Source of the DNA: Macrostomum lignano | Taxonomy: Eukaryota | Direction: 5' to 3' | DNA length: 64,000 nucleotides | NCBI GenBank assembly: GCA_002269645.1 | Contig: NIVC01001772.1 | Location: 62,001-126,000, forward strand | Part shown: positions 1 through 22,418 of the stretch, piece after piece | Numbering within the stretch: position 1 is the first letter of the stretch | Layout of the letters: every line of letters starts with the position of its first letter | Translations under genes and position numbers: made by a program | The notes under the pieces: generated by a model | Databases searched by the model: none | Told to the model about the DNA's origin: nothing | Seen by the model: only the letters and a program-made list of their open reading frames with translations

Positions 1-857
1 AGGATTCAAGGAATTAGTGTCTTGGAAATTCAAGATAATAAATAAATCATTCTTGTCATGCGCGTTCTGACGCTTCACGAAAGTAGTTATTTAGAATATT
101 GGCTTCTAAAATTAATTTTTAAAGAAAAAATTACTTTTGCATCAGTGAATGTGCTGACAACTTGATTATTTTATCTAAACATTTGGCTGTGTTTATTTAT
201 GAATGTATATATATTCCCTTTAGTCTGTTTGTAGTTGTTTGTTGATGCAAAATATTGTTGTGACAATTGTGACATTTGTGGGATTTTCAAGATTTCCAAG
301 TGTTTTGTTGTTTATGTCTATAGTCATTCCCTGAAGTAATTTGCAACGTGATTTTCAAATATTTGTGCAGTTTTATCAATAAGTAGCTAATATTGGTTAT
401 TATATAAACATTTTTGCAATCTGACTAAACAGTATTTACTTCTGTGTACTTTCTGTGAATGTATATTTGCTAAAAAATAAATATATAAATACGAATAAAT
501 ATATGCGTCAGGCACTACTTGATTTGATTGCTATTATTTTTTGTTCTCTGTAGTAGCATATCACTAATTTTTTACATTAATTCTGAACTTTGGATGCTAA
601 AATTTACGTCTAGAATAAATCATGGTTACAATATGCTACTAAGCTACTTTCCAACTCAGTAGCATTATCAGCTAGGTAACTTTGTGTCCACCTAAATTTT
701 TTTGACCATTTTCTTTTTTAACTGATTAAATCTTCCCCGATATGTAGCGTAGAATATTTCATAAAGGCAGCGTTTATCGTACACTTAATCAATAATATAT
801 ATTAATTTATTAAATTTCTGCTGGAAAGCTTCTGCAACAGATTGAAAAAAATCTACA

Positions 858-2094
858 ATGAATTATTGTTTGTTAATATTAGAAATGCTCTTATCGCTAC
901 TCATAGTAGGCAGATCGGATTCAACAGGCCTGCAAATGGTTGCGGTATCGGCGCCGACAATGTCGCCAGCTGCCATGAATTGCACCGCATTTCAATACGC
1001 TCTGAGCAGGGCCAGTGCCGAGCTCACCGACTGCATGTGCCGCGCGGCCAGGCCGTTCACTCTGTGCGCTCACTGCTACCACACCCGGGCCAAGTATGCG
1101 GACCTGCACCAGCTGCTGGTGAAGGACAATGGCAAGGATTTGAGTGCTGCCCCGGATGGCACCAGCTGTAGGAAGTACCTGATGCAGCTGGATTCTGTGC
1201 AGGTGGGCGATTGGCTGCTTGCGGTAGATTGGCAGATAGATAAAGATATTAGATCGGAAGTAGATCCGATTCCTGGAATATACACCAGATTCTTAGAAAG
1301 TAGATCCGATTCATAGAAAGTAGATCAGATTCCTAGAAAGTAGATCAGATTCTTAAAAAGTAGATCAGATTCCTAGAAAGTAGATCAGATCCTAAGAAAG
1401 ATCAGATTCTCAAAAAGTAGATCAGATTCTTAAAAAGTAGATCAGATTCCTAGAAAGTAGATCAGATTCCTAGAAAGTTGATCAGATCCTAAGAAAGTAG
1501 ATCAGATTCTTAAAAAGTAGATCAGATTCCTAGAAAGTAGATCAGATTCCTAGAAAGTAGATCAGATTCCTAGAAAGTAGATCAGATCCTAAGAAAGTAG
1601 ATCAGATTCTTAAAAAGTAGATCAGATTCTTAGAAAGTAGATCAGATTCCTAGAAAGTAGATCAGATACTTATTAAGTAGATCAGCTCGATAGAAGTTGG
1701 ATAGTAAGGTGCATTAACGTATGCAGCAAAGGTGACAAGAATTATCGAGTTTAGTCGGATATAAACGAGGCCGAATCTGTCGTGTCAATTAGTTAGGTGC
1801 TGCAAGGAAACAGCAAAGGTCACAGACCATTCCGTATTGATCAAAACTGATTTCTCCTTCTATCATCGAAAGGTTCTCTCCAGAACTCGAGATTTTGTCG
1901 AGTCTGTGTGGCGCAGCAGCAACTGCAACAACTGCTTCTCATCAAACGGCGGCAGTAGCCAGAACGACAGTCTGCCCAGGTACCGCAGTGATCTGGATCA
2001 GTTCTTTAATGACACCACACAGCTGCGCGAATGCTTTGCTAATTATTCCAGGTGAGACTTTCCTATTTGTTTCTAAATCAACATTTCCCTCAGT

Positions 2095-2152
<58 letters not shown>

Positions 2153-2153
2153 G

Positions 2154-2196
<43 letters not shown>

Positions 2197-2204
2197 GGAT
2201 AGAT

Positions 2205-2265
<61 letters not shown>

Positions 2266-2273
2266 GGATAGAT

Positions 2274-2341
<68 letters not shown>

Positions 2342-2821
2342 CAGATAGATAGATAGACAGATAGATGGATAGATAGATAGATAGACAGATAAATGGATAG
2401 ATAAATCAATTTTTCGCTCTATAAATGCAGCGCAAGCAGCAACCAGTCCGGCCCTAGTATCGTGTGCGACAAGTGCTCTTCACTGTACTCAGCACTGACC
2501 ATCCGGTTCGATACTCTATCAAATGCTGAGCACACCAGAGACAGAAACACGCACAGTCTCTGCATGGACGCTGTAGACGCAATGAACGCCACGCATCGAC
2601 TCTGGAGCGAAGCGTACCAGTGCGACTCCAGAGTGCGCAGCCTTCAACCCTTGCCTTTGATCATAGCCGGCTATCTCACCGCCGTGCTATTCTACATTGG
2701 CGCCCGGGGTCGCGGCCAGTTTAAACAGAGAAAATTATTGAGACAGAAACGATTGGGCTGTTTTGCTAGTAGCAGCGGAGCAGTGTCCGGTTCAGCTTCC
2801 GATGTGGGATTATTAAATTAA
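858..2821 (+). CDS. OSTM1: Osteopetrosis-associated transmembrane protein 1-like (ClC-7 beta subunit), 3 exons
   Basis: Exons 858-1202 (CAG|gtgggc), 1873-2051 (aaag|GTT..., AG|gtgaga) and 2431-2821; phases 0 and 2 are consistent. Signal peptide, Cys pattern CxxAARPxxLCxxC, WxxxNCxNC, VCxxC, LCxDxxDAMNxTxxLWSxxxxC, one TM helix and a basic RKL tail match the OSTM1 family as recalled. Confidence 0.88.
1256..1685 (+). repeat. 20-bp minisatellite (AGTAGATCAGATTCCTAGAA)n in OSTM1 intron 1
   Basis: About 21 tandem units read directly. Confidence 0.9.
2095..2405 (+). repeat. (GATA)n microsatellite filling OSTM1 intron 2
   Basis: Direct reading; explains the YLSI ORF at 1942-2409. Confidence 0.95.
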
Positions 2822-4093
2822 TCAACAAAATTTACATTTAACAACTTTCAAACCCATGCCTCCGGGTTTTGCCGCGGAAAATCCATTCTATTTTCTATCC
2901 CTAATGTACATTATTGGTCAGTAAAGAACGGACTTTCTTTCCTACCCCCAATGTACATTCATGACCCTGACCCAACTAAGATAATATAAGTACCAACCCC
3001 ATCCGTCCCGGTTTTTCCATGAAAATCCATTCTATTTTCTATCCAACGGAACATTCACCCTGACCGCAATATGAAGAGCCAAAGCCTCTGATTGGGATTC
3101 GTAAGAACCCTGAAATTTCTACCTCTAAAACTCGGTGTTTTTATCAATTTTAATACAGTCAGACCAAAATTAGAATGCAGCTACGAGCGTATATTATAAT
3201 AACAACAATTTTCTTCTTATGTATATTTTTCACTAATTATCGATCGTTCATAATCATTTGCATTTCCCTTCGCCATCAAACTATTACCCTTTGCTAAATT
3301 ATGAATTTAATATGTTACATATGATTAAATATGATTTAATATGTTACATATTATATATGACATTAATCATGTTTTTTTATACAGCTTCTGGTCCTAGCAA
3401 TCTGCACCTTTTAATTATGTAAATTCCTGCTAGAGCAGCAAAGTAAAGCGTGTACCGTGTACAATTTTGACTTACTTCGGTAATTTTTAATTGACCTATT
3501 GTGCTCAAAACTACTAACTGCTCCCCTTATAATTTTGATGTGGCTCATTATTCAGCAGGTTTAAAAGTACTCCGGTGGTTTTCTAAGAATTACTCCCGAC
3601 TATTTTTAAGAAATACCCTCGGCTGTTTCTAGGAATTTGACAGAACTAAGAAACTTTAAAAAATATTCTTCTCTATTTTATCGGTAAATTTTTGCAGTTA
3701 TGACACCTTTTTATATTGATTTCAAATTTTCAGACTAATTTCCGTAAAATCAGCTGATTCTTTTAACTCTTATCTTTCTGAAACTGTGTTTTTAAACTCC
3801 AGCTCTTAATGCCAATAATAAGTTACTATAATATGACTAATTATAGGTGCGAGTAAAGCAAAGTCTTTGATTTGTAACATTTTTTTTTGAAATTTTTATC
3901 TTTATGAGTAATCTAGTAGAAAACTTTTTTCTAAACAAATTTTATCTAATCTCTTATAAAATAAGTTCTTCAAGTTACATCTTGTAGTTTGATTTGACAA
4001 TTATTAGTCTTTTGTTTTAATTATTAAATCAGTTTGTTTGCACTAACTATAATATGTCACACAAGTGACGAGGCACATGGGGGCGAGTGATGA

Positions 4094-4290
4094 GGGGCCG
4101 TAGCCCAGCGGTCTAGCGCGACGGCCCAGGCTCGATTCCAAGTGCAGTCACATTAATTTGGGGCTAAATTGGAATCTCGGCTTAGCTCTGCTCGTGCTAT
4201 TAACAAGCGGCCTTAAAGGCCAACCCCCAAGGCAAGTTAGGAGGGCCGCTGTACACTCCTGTTTAAGTGTGTGCCTGTGCGGCCATTTTT
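4094..4290 (+). mobile_element. tRNA-derived SINE-like head / Pol III internal promoter
   Basis: GGGGCCG start, A-box-like TAGCCCAGCGG (4101-4111) and B-box-like GGCTCGATTCC (4129-4139), with short spacing and no complete anticodon arm. The 3' end is uncertain. Confidence 0.5.
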
Positions 4291-4690
4291 TCACGCCTTA
4301 AAATTGATCTGATTGGACGAGAGATGGGGTGGGTAGACTAATTGGTCACTCGGGCAGGGAGTATCATGTACATTGATTACGCGTGGCGAGGTCCAGGTGA
4401 ATTGGCAATCAGATAAGATAATAGGCGACTCTATAACTTAGTCATAAATTTTTAATCGGTTTAATAAAATCACAGCAAGTGTGCCTGCATGCTCTTATCA
4501 ATTGAAAAATCTTTTGGTGGAGTCGCTGAATGCTGTAATAATGACCGTTTAGACTTCATTGTGCTTCGGTAAAAAGTTTTTTTTTACAATATCGCTTTAA
4601 GTGCGCCAGAGTTGTATATTCATATAAATTCAATTTTCAGCACTCTACCCCAGCTGCCTAAAGTTTATAAACCGAGTTTTAAAGAAAACG

Positions 4691-7600
4691 ATGTTCACCC
4701 GCAATGGAGCTTTAGTACTACTGTTAGTAGCAGTTCTGTTTCGGCTCGGCTCCTGCGAGAGATTGCGAGACCGCAGCTACTACAAGCTGCCGCAGGCCGC
4801 CTTCTCTGCCTGCGTTCGTCGATTCAACGGCACCCATCAGGCTGGCTGCTCCAGCAGCCTGGGCGGCAACGTCGGCCGTTTGATCTTTGCCGACACTGCG
4901 GCCGAGTTGGACGGCCTGAGCCGCGATGACACCGCCGATGCCGTGCTGGCCGTGCCCGCTGAGCTGTTCGCCCTGCAGGCTGCGAAACTGCACGGCCTGC
5001 CCGGGGGCCTGCAGGTTTGTGCTGCCGCGCTGGTGGATCCCCTTCTGGGTTGTCACCGCAGCCTCCCAGATCCCCAGTTGCTGGGCCAGCCTCTCAGATC
5101 CCCAGTTGTTGGGCCGGCCTCTCAGATCCCCAGTTGTTGGGCCGGCCTCTCAGATCCCCAGTTGTTGGGCCGGCCTCTCAGATCCCCAGTTGCTGGGCCA
5201 GCCTCTCAGATCCCCAGTTGTTGGGCCGGCCTCTCAGATCCCCAGTTGCTGGGCCAGCCTCCCAGATCCTCAGTTGCTGGGCCAGCCTCCCACATCCCCA
5301 GTTGCTGGGCCAGCCTCCCACATCCTCAGTTGCTGGGCCAGCCTCCCACATCCTCAGTTGCTGGGCCAGCCTCCCAGATCCTCAGTTGCTGGGCCAGCCT
5401 CCCAGATCCCCAGTTGCTGGGCCAGCCTCCCAGATCCTCAGTTGCTGGGTCAGCCTCCCAGATCCCCAGTTGCTGGGCCAGCCTCCCAGATCCCCAGTTG
5501 CTGGGCCAGCCTCCCAGATCCCCAGTTGCTGGGCCAGCCTCCCAGATCCCCAGTTGCTGGGCCAGCCTCCCAGATCCCCAGTTGCTGGGCCAGCCTCCCA
5601 GATCCTCAGCTGCTGGGCCAGCCTCCCAGATCCTCAGTTGCTGGGCCAGCCTCCCAGAGTGTCAGTTGCTGGGCCAGTCTCCCAGATCCCCAGTTGCTGG
5701 GCCAGCCTCCCAGATCCCCAGTTGCTGGGCCAGCCTCCCAGATCCTCAGCTGCTGGGCCAGCCTCCCAGATCCTCAGTTGCTGGGCCAGCCTCCCAGAGT
5801 GTCAGTTGCTGGGCCAGTCTCCCAGATCCCCAGTTGTTGGGCCAGCCTCCCAGATCCTCAGTTGCTGGGACTAACCCCCACTCTCCGCCGCTCCCCTCCC
5901 GCAGGGCCTGCTGGTTCTGTACTCTGAATCTGAGCGCGACTTCACGTTCGACTTTGCCGCAAAAACCGGCGTGAACATCTCCGAGGACTCCGCTTGCCCC
6001 AACGACCGTCTGAGCGCCTACCGCGGCAGCCGCGGCGGCAGCTGCTCCGGCCCGCAGGCCTCCCCAGCATGGAATGCCGCCGGCACCTCTGCCGCCCTGT
6101 TAGACTGGTCCTTTCCTGTTGCCTTAGTAACCAAATCCGAGCAGATTTTCACTTTGAAAAATTGTACCCAACGCGAATCGTCGCTGCGTCATTGCGCAAT
6201 CGAGCTGCGCACGCCGATGCACGGGGCGGCCTCGTCGGTTACTTGCCTCCGAAGGCCGCAGTACACTAGCCTCATCTCCGCCTTGACCTCCATCTCTCAG
6301 CTGATGCATTTCTGCGGCCCAATGGGCGATTTGAGTCTAGTATGGACCGCTAGCTCAACAGCGATGCCAACCAATACTGTCCGAGCACCCGCATCTGTTA
6401 TGCTGATCTTGGCTCGCCTTGACTCCTTCTCAATGTTTGCCAGCAACTCGCCAGCTTCTGGCACTCTTACTCCGGCTATCGCGGTATTGCTTGCAGTCGC
6501 TAATGCGCTAGCTTCATCCAGTAACGGGACAACAGGTCGCGACGTTGCCATCGTATTTGTCAATGGCGACAGCTGGGACTATATTGGCAGCCAGCGCTTA
6601 GTACACGATCTCCATGGCAACCAGTTGCTAGGCGAATCGGGTCAACCGGCTAGAATCAATGCCAGTCACGTGCATTCGATTATTGAACTGGGCGAGCTGT
6701 CGAATTTAGAATCCATGGACCAGCTGGCCGCGTACACTGATCCGTCAGTTTATAGAGTTGTCAACTCTACAGTTGACTCGCATGTGAAATCTCTCGGCTT
6801 GAAATCTGACGCTTTGATTAGCGATAGAAAACTGCCGCCAGCCTCGACTCAGACTTTTCTAAGGCCGCCAGGTTCGAAGGAGTCAGCTCCGCTGCAGCCG
6901 GTGCCCGCCCTGCTCCTCACCGATCACAAACGGGATCAAGGATTTCGCAATCGGAATTATAACTCGTTTGCCGATCTGCGCCCGACGCCCTCTGGTGTTG
7001 TGCAAACCTTGGCCACCTTAGCGGATCGCATTGCTACTCTGGCGTCACAGTTTCTCACTAATTCGTCAGCAGCAAAGGTGGACGACAATCTTTTGAAAGC
7101 CTACGTTGATTGTCTCCAAGGCGACGCCACCTGTCAGCACGCGATATCCGGGGCTAATGTGACAAAAAGTTGGCTAGATAAAGTCTACGCTGCTACTAAT
7201 AGTATTAACGGTTTAATTGGCGCCTATGTGTACGAATATCAGAGCAGATTCCTGCCTAATCAGGGTGGCAACCACCTGAGATATTTGACCTACCTGTTGC
7301 TGTCCAATGCTACAGGCGATATTGTGCCAGGTGTAACTAAGCGGAGCGACTGTTTGGCATTGAATACAGCTAACGATACCGTTAGCGCTGGCCTGCCAGT
7401 GTTCTACGATCTGACATCTGTCAGCGGCGCGTCTAACAATGTCAGCGGGGTCTGTCTGCGCCTGTCCCTGACTGCCCTGCCCGCCGTGTCCCCGATTGAC
7501 AGCTCGGATTATAACGCCTGGAGCGGGTCGGGCGACTTCTCCACCTGGACGGAGAGTCAATGGGAGACGCCAACTGTGCGGTTGTTTATGCGGCCCACCA

Positions 7601-7719
7601 GGTCTTGGGGCGCGGCGCATCTGCTGTTCGGTGTGGCAGTTCTGCTGCTGTCACTGCAGTTCGTGCTGGGCGCCAAGCACGGCCTGGAGGCCAACTTTCC
7701 CGTGTCTGTGGCGCCGTGA
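4691..7719 (+). CDS. NCSTN: Nicastrin (gamma-secretase subunit), 2 exons, about 712 aa
   Basis: Exon 1 4691-5014 (CAG|gtttgt), exon 2 5905-7719 (ctaac branch point, cccgcag|GGC). Motifs CVRRFNGTHQxGC, CPN, WNxxG, ARLDSFSMF, DYIGS, STWTESxW and a C-terminal TM helix. Confidence 0.95.
5059..5868 (+). repeat. 28-bp minisatellite (CCAGATCCTCAGTTGCTGGGCCAGCCTC)n, copy 1, in the nicastrin intron
   Basis: About 29 units; stop-free on the + strand, producing spurious PQLLGQP/SVAGPAS ORFs. Confidence 0.95.
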
Positions 7720-7776
7720 ACTCTTGTTGTTGAACAGGCAGTTTGAGTAGCTTTTTAATCCTGCTTTGTTCTTCAG

Positions 7777-7995
7777 TGAGATTTTGGAGCTTTTTGCAAT
7801 TCTAATAGGGTCTGCGGAGAGATTTTGGAGCTTTTTTTGAAATTCTAATGGGTCTAAACGTGAGATTTTGTAGCTTTTTTGAAATCCTAATGGGTCTAAG
7901 GGTGAGATTTTGTAGCTTTTTTGAAATCCTAATGGGTCTAAGGGTGAGATTTTTTAGCTTGTTTCGAAAATCCAAATTGATTTTAAAAGTGAGAT
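7777..7995 (+). repeat. About 42-bp tandem repeat (GAGATTTTGTAGCTTTTTTGAAATCCTAATGGGTCTAAGGGT) 3' of nicastrin
   Basis: 4-5 diverging units. Confidence 0.75.
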
Positions 7996-8453
7996 TTTGT
8001 TGGACATTTTAATTATTCAGCAGGTGAGAATTTTCCTTTTAAAAAGCTGTTTAATTTGTTTAGTTTAATTTAAACTTGGCTTCTGTGAGTCAGCAAGTAA
8101 AATTTTGTTACTAAGGTGGCATTAGATAAACTAATTTTCTGTAAATTTTGCATAAATTATTTCACTTTTACCGGCACAAACAAGCCCGGATTCCCTCTTA
8201 CAAATGATTAACACTGAACGATTTCGGTACTCGAAATCAATTCAGAGGACTCCCGTGGCTTCTTTTTTGCTATTTATTTAATCAGGTTGCTCTTGCTGAG
8301 TTCCGTTAGTGTGATTCTACACATGTTGCCACGAGATAGAATTCTCAACTGTAGTTAAATCTGACGGCAGAGAACTTTGCCGTGTGTCTTTTGCGTTCGT
8401 TATTCAAGAGTTCAAGAGGAAATTCTCTTGCCTGTTCCAGTGATCATGTGTCC

Positions 8454-8943
8454 CAGATCCTCAGTTGCTGGGCCAGCTCCCAGATCCTCAGTTGCTGGGC
8501 CAGCCTCCCAGATCCTCAGTTGCTGGGCCAGCCTCCCAGATCCTCAGTTGCTGGGCCAGCTCCCAGATCCTCAGTTGCTGGGCCAGCTCCCAGATCCTCA
8601 GTTGCTGGGCCAGCTCCCAGATCCTCAGTTGCTGGGCCAGCCTCCCAGATCCTCAGTTCCTGGGCCAGCCTCTCAGATCCTCAGTTGCTGGGCCAGCCTC
8701 CCAGATCCTCAGTTCCTGGGCCAGCCTCTCAGATCCTCAGTTGCTGGGCCAGCCTCCCAGATCCCCAGTTGCTGGGCCAGCTCCCAGATCCTCAGTTGCT
8801 GGGCCAGCCTCCCAGAGTGTCAGTTGCTGGGCCAGCCTCCCAGATCCTCAGTTGCTGGGCCAGCCTCCCAGATCCCCAGTTGCTGGGCCAGCATCCCAGA
8901 TCCCCAGTTGCTGGGCCAGCCTCCCAGATCCCCAGTTGCTGGG
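8454..8943 (+). repeat. 28-bp minisatellite family, copy 2
   Basis: Same unit as 5059-5868, with 27-bp and shorter variants. Confidence 0.95.
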
Positions 8944-9505
8944 TGACCACCACCTCAGATGCGTAAGTTATTATATACTACTCTTACTGTCTTAGGGACA
9001 GGACTTTCTGCCGTATGAATCAGTAAAATAATATTTGTTTTTCGTAGCAAAATCATGCTTCTTGTTTTCTTAGCAAATTGTGTTTTTTGGTGTAAATTTC
9101 TGTTTAAAAAAAGTATTTTACTCTGGTACATTTTTGCATATACGTGAACTGTCTTTTACTACTCCGGTAAGCTACTTGTAGTAGTATGCCAATTCCGATT
9201 TCTTCAAACAGAAAATTTTAAATGATCAAATAAATATATTTATATTGATTTATGTGCAAATTGCGGCACAATGTTACTGTGCATGCTTATAAACTATTCC
9301 TACAGTAAGGTTAATTCTAAATGAATTGTAATTGAACTTGGATTTGTTAGTTATTATTTTCTATTCACAAAGGAAAAAAAGATATTGGGATAGATTTTAA
9401 TATAGTCAAGCAGCAGAATATAAGACAGACAAACAAACAGACGATCAATCGGAGTTAATATCAATTATTAATACTTGCTCTGTTGCAACAGTTTAGAGGA
9501 GAAAA

Positions 9506-19315
<9,810 letters not shown>

Positions 19316-20535
19316 GATCAGCGAAGAACTTTGATTCTTTGTGTAGACCTCTCGAACAATCTTCAACAAGGGAAATAATTTGCGGTTGACGAATTCAGAA
19401 TATATAACATTTTGACATTAGACTATTTTTATATTATGGCCATTTTTTGACATTTGGACTTTTTCGGCACCTTCTAATTCGCACTCCGGATTTTTGCTCC
19501 AGAGAGCCAAGGACCAGGGATTTATTTTTACGTGTCGAAAATGGGAAGATAAATCAACAGTACGAGCATTTATTTACAAGCCAAAGCAAAAAGGAAGCAA
19601 CAGTATGGTAGAAAGTGGAAAATGTTGCTTACAGAAGAGAGGAAACTGTGCTAAGGTACAGGAGGCGCTGGACAATGTACACACTACATCGGTTGGGGTT
19701 CCTAAAGACAGTCTCCTCTGCTGCAACACCAGCAAAGTGTATACAAAAAGCTGTTGCTGTGCATGAAATGCATTTTGCCCCCCTCCTCCTCCTCCTCCTC
19801 CCATATTTTACTGACCTGGACAGAGCCGGGATGAAGGTTGAGGGAAGCGAACAGTTGCTGGTGTGGAAGCTGGTGTGCTGCATGGATGGCGCGTTTGAGG
19901 GTGTAAAAGTGTTTGAAAGGTTGGAGAGTGGGCTACGGTGTACGTTTATAGGATAAGGAACTGGATTAGCAATGTAGGTTGAACAGTCATAAACATAATG
20001 TTTATGGAATAAAGTGAAGAGTTGGGGAGCTTCACAAGCATTGTGTTCAACATCAGCTCAATCTTCCACAATAATTAATGTCTAATGGATTTTCACCAAT
20101 ACAAAATTCTTACAAAAGCTTTTCAAAAAGTAGAAATCGATGGCTCCGCATCTCTAATCTTCTATCGCACTCATCTTGTGCAGAATCTCCCAGGAGCGAA
20201 GGAAAACGATCGATTTTATCGATTCAACCAAAGTTCTAGTAGCAGAGACACTGGCGCCAAGGTTTCACTTCTGTAGGGGATTAGTTTGATCTGATCCTAA
20301 TCTGAATCGACAGCTCAGACCAAACGGAATTTGAAGCTCTTTCTATCCTATATGCATGTATTTATATTGTGATTTCCCTAACTTTGAGGAAAAAACCTAG
20401 CTGATGCATTTTCCTTGTCTGCTTCTGGCATCCCAGCTGAGTCTTCCCAGCTGAGTAGCTCTGTGTGCAGAACAGATTTGAGTTGACTTTTCAATAGTTC
20501 TATTTTTAATAGTATTGGTTTAGATCCATACGCTC

Positions 20536-21620
20536 TAGATTGGGTTATTGGGATCTATGGTGTCTATAGATTGGGTTATTGGGATCTATGGTGTCTATAG
20601 ATTGGGTTATTGGGATCTATAGTGTCTATAGATTGGGTTATTGGAATCTATGGTGTCTATAGATTGGGTTATTGGGATCTATGGTGTCTATAGATTGGGT
20701 TATTGGGATCTATAGTGTCTATAGATTGGGTTATTGGGATCTATGGTGTCTATAGATTGGGTTATAGGGGATCTATGGTGTCTATAGATTGGGTTATAGG
20801 GGATCTATGGTGTCTATAGATTGGGTTATTGGGATCTATGGTGTCTATAGATTGGATTATTGGGATCTATGGTGTCTATAGATTGGGTTATTGGGATCTA
20901 TGGTGTCTATAGATTGGGTTATTGGGATCTATGGTGTCTATAGATTGGGTTATAGGGGATCTATGGTGTCTATAGATTGGGTTATTGGGATCTATGGTGT
21001 CTATAGATTGGATTATTGGGATCTATAGTGTCTATAGATTGGGTCATTGGAATCTAATGGTGTCTATAGATTGGGTTATTGGGATCTATAGTGTCTATAG
21101 ATTGGGTTATTGGGATCTATAGTGTCTATAGATTGGGTTTTGGAATCTATGTTGTCTATAGATTGGGTTATTGGGATCTATAGTGTCTATAGATTGGGTT
21201 ATTGGAATGTAATGCTGTCTATAGATTGGGTTATTGGGATCTATAGTGTCTATAGATTGGGTTATTGGGATCTATGGTGTCTATAGATTGGGTTTTGGAA
21301 TCTATGTTGTCTATAGATTGGGTTATTGGGATCTATAGTGTCTATAGATTGGGTTATTGGAATGTAATGCTGTCTATAGATTGGGTTATTGGGATCTATA
21401 GTGTCTATAGATTGGGTTATTGGGATCTATAGTGTCTATAGATTGGGTTATTGGAATCTATGGTGTCTATAGATTGGGTTTTGGAATCTATGTTGTCTAT
21501 AGATTGGGTTATTGGGATCTATAGTGTCTATATATTGGGTTCTTGGGATCTATAGTGTCTATATATTGGGTTCTTGGGATCTATAGTGTCCACAGATTGG
21601 GTTATTGGAATCTATAGACT
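20536..21620 (+). repeat. 31-bp minisatellite (TAGATTGGGTTATTGGGATCTATGGTGTCTA)n
   Basis: Period 31, about 35 copies, with a degenerate tail to about 21830. Confidence 0.95.
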
Positions 21621-22418
21621 CTGCATAAGGAAATAGATTAGACCTGTAGACTCTACATTAGGATACATATTAGATCTATAGACTCTTGAATTAAGAGATA
21701 GATGAAATCTATAGACTCTTGCATTAGGAGATAAGATGAGATCCATAGTCTTAGGAGATAAGTAAGATCTATATAGAGTATGCATTAGGAGATAGATGAA
21801 ATCTTATAGACTCCAGACTCTGAGACTGAATCTCTGGTGCAGTTTACAGGAGGTTGTTTTTCAGTCTTTTATACTTTAAGATCTTAAACTATTGTAAAGC
21901 TGTCAGGTACTCGCGGAGCATATTTTATCTGATTTGATACAGCCCCCGCATTTCACTCTTAACATTTTAAGCTCCCATGGGAGTATCTTGCTCTTTCAAC
22001 TACTCAATTTTCCTCATTTCTCAATATATCCTCTCCCGGTTCCCGCAAATGCCGGCCCAGCTATACCATGGCTGGACGGGATCTAAGAGTGGGATTTAGG
22101 GCACTCTAAATCCACTCTGCCTTCCAATACCTGGCTGTGAGGAGAAACTGTGGTGTAAAAGCAGTAGAATTAAAAAAATACGTAGTTGACATTGACTCGG
22201 TATAAACCAGTGTCCCGAAACTCAGTTTAATTGACTCCTGTTCTCAACTACTCTTACGCCAAGGGTTGGCAATAATTTCTTTTAGACCAAGGGCCAGATA
22301 AAGAATCTAGCTCATGACTATGGGCGTGGGTGAGACAGGTATGGTGGAGTACTAGTATAGAGGAGAGAGAAGATAATATGAGCTGGAGAGAGAAGGGGGA
22401 TAGGAGGAGAGAATAAGG

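Noticed and set aside
4691-5974. 427-aa ORF running from nicastrin exon 1 through the minisatellite, suggesting in-frame intron retention if repeat number changes
   Set aside because: The intron is 890 nt. Adding one 28-bp unit would restore the frame, but the TAA in the branch point (5872-5874) is in frame with exon 2 and stops read-through.
19494-19960. Possible degenerate retroelement C-terminus or small gene
   Set aside because: No recognisable RT, endonuclease or zinc-knuckle motif; overlapping short ORFs on both strands.
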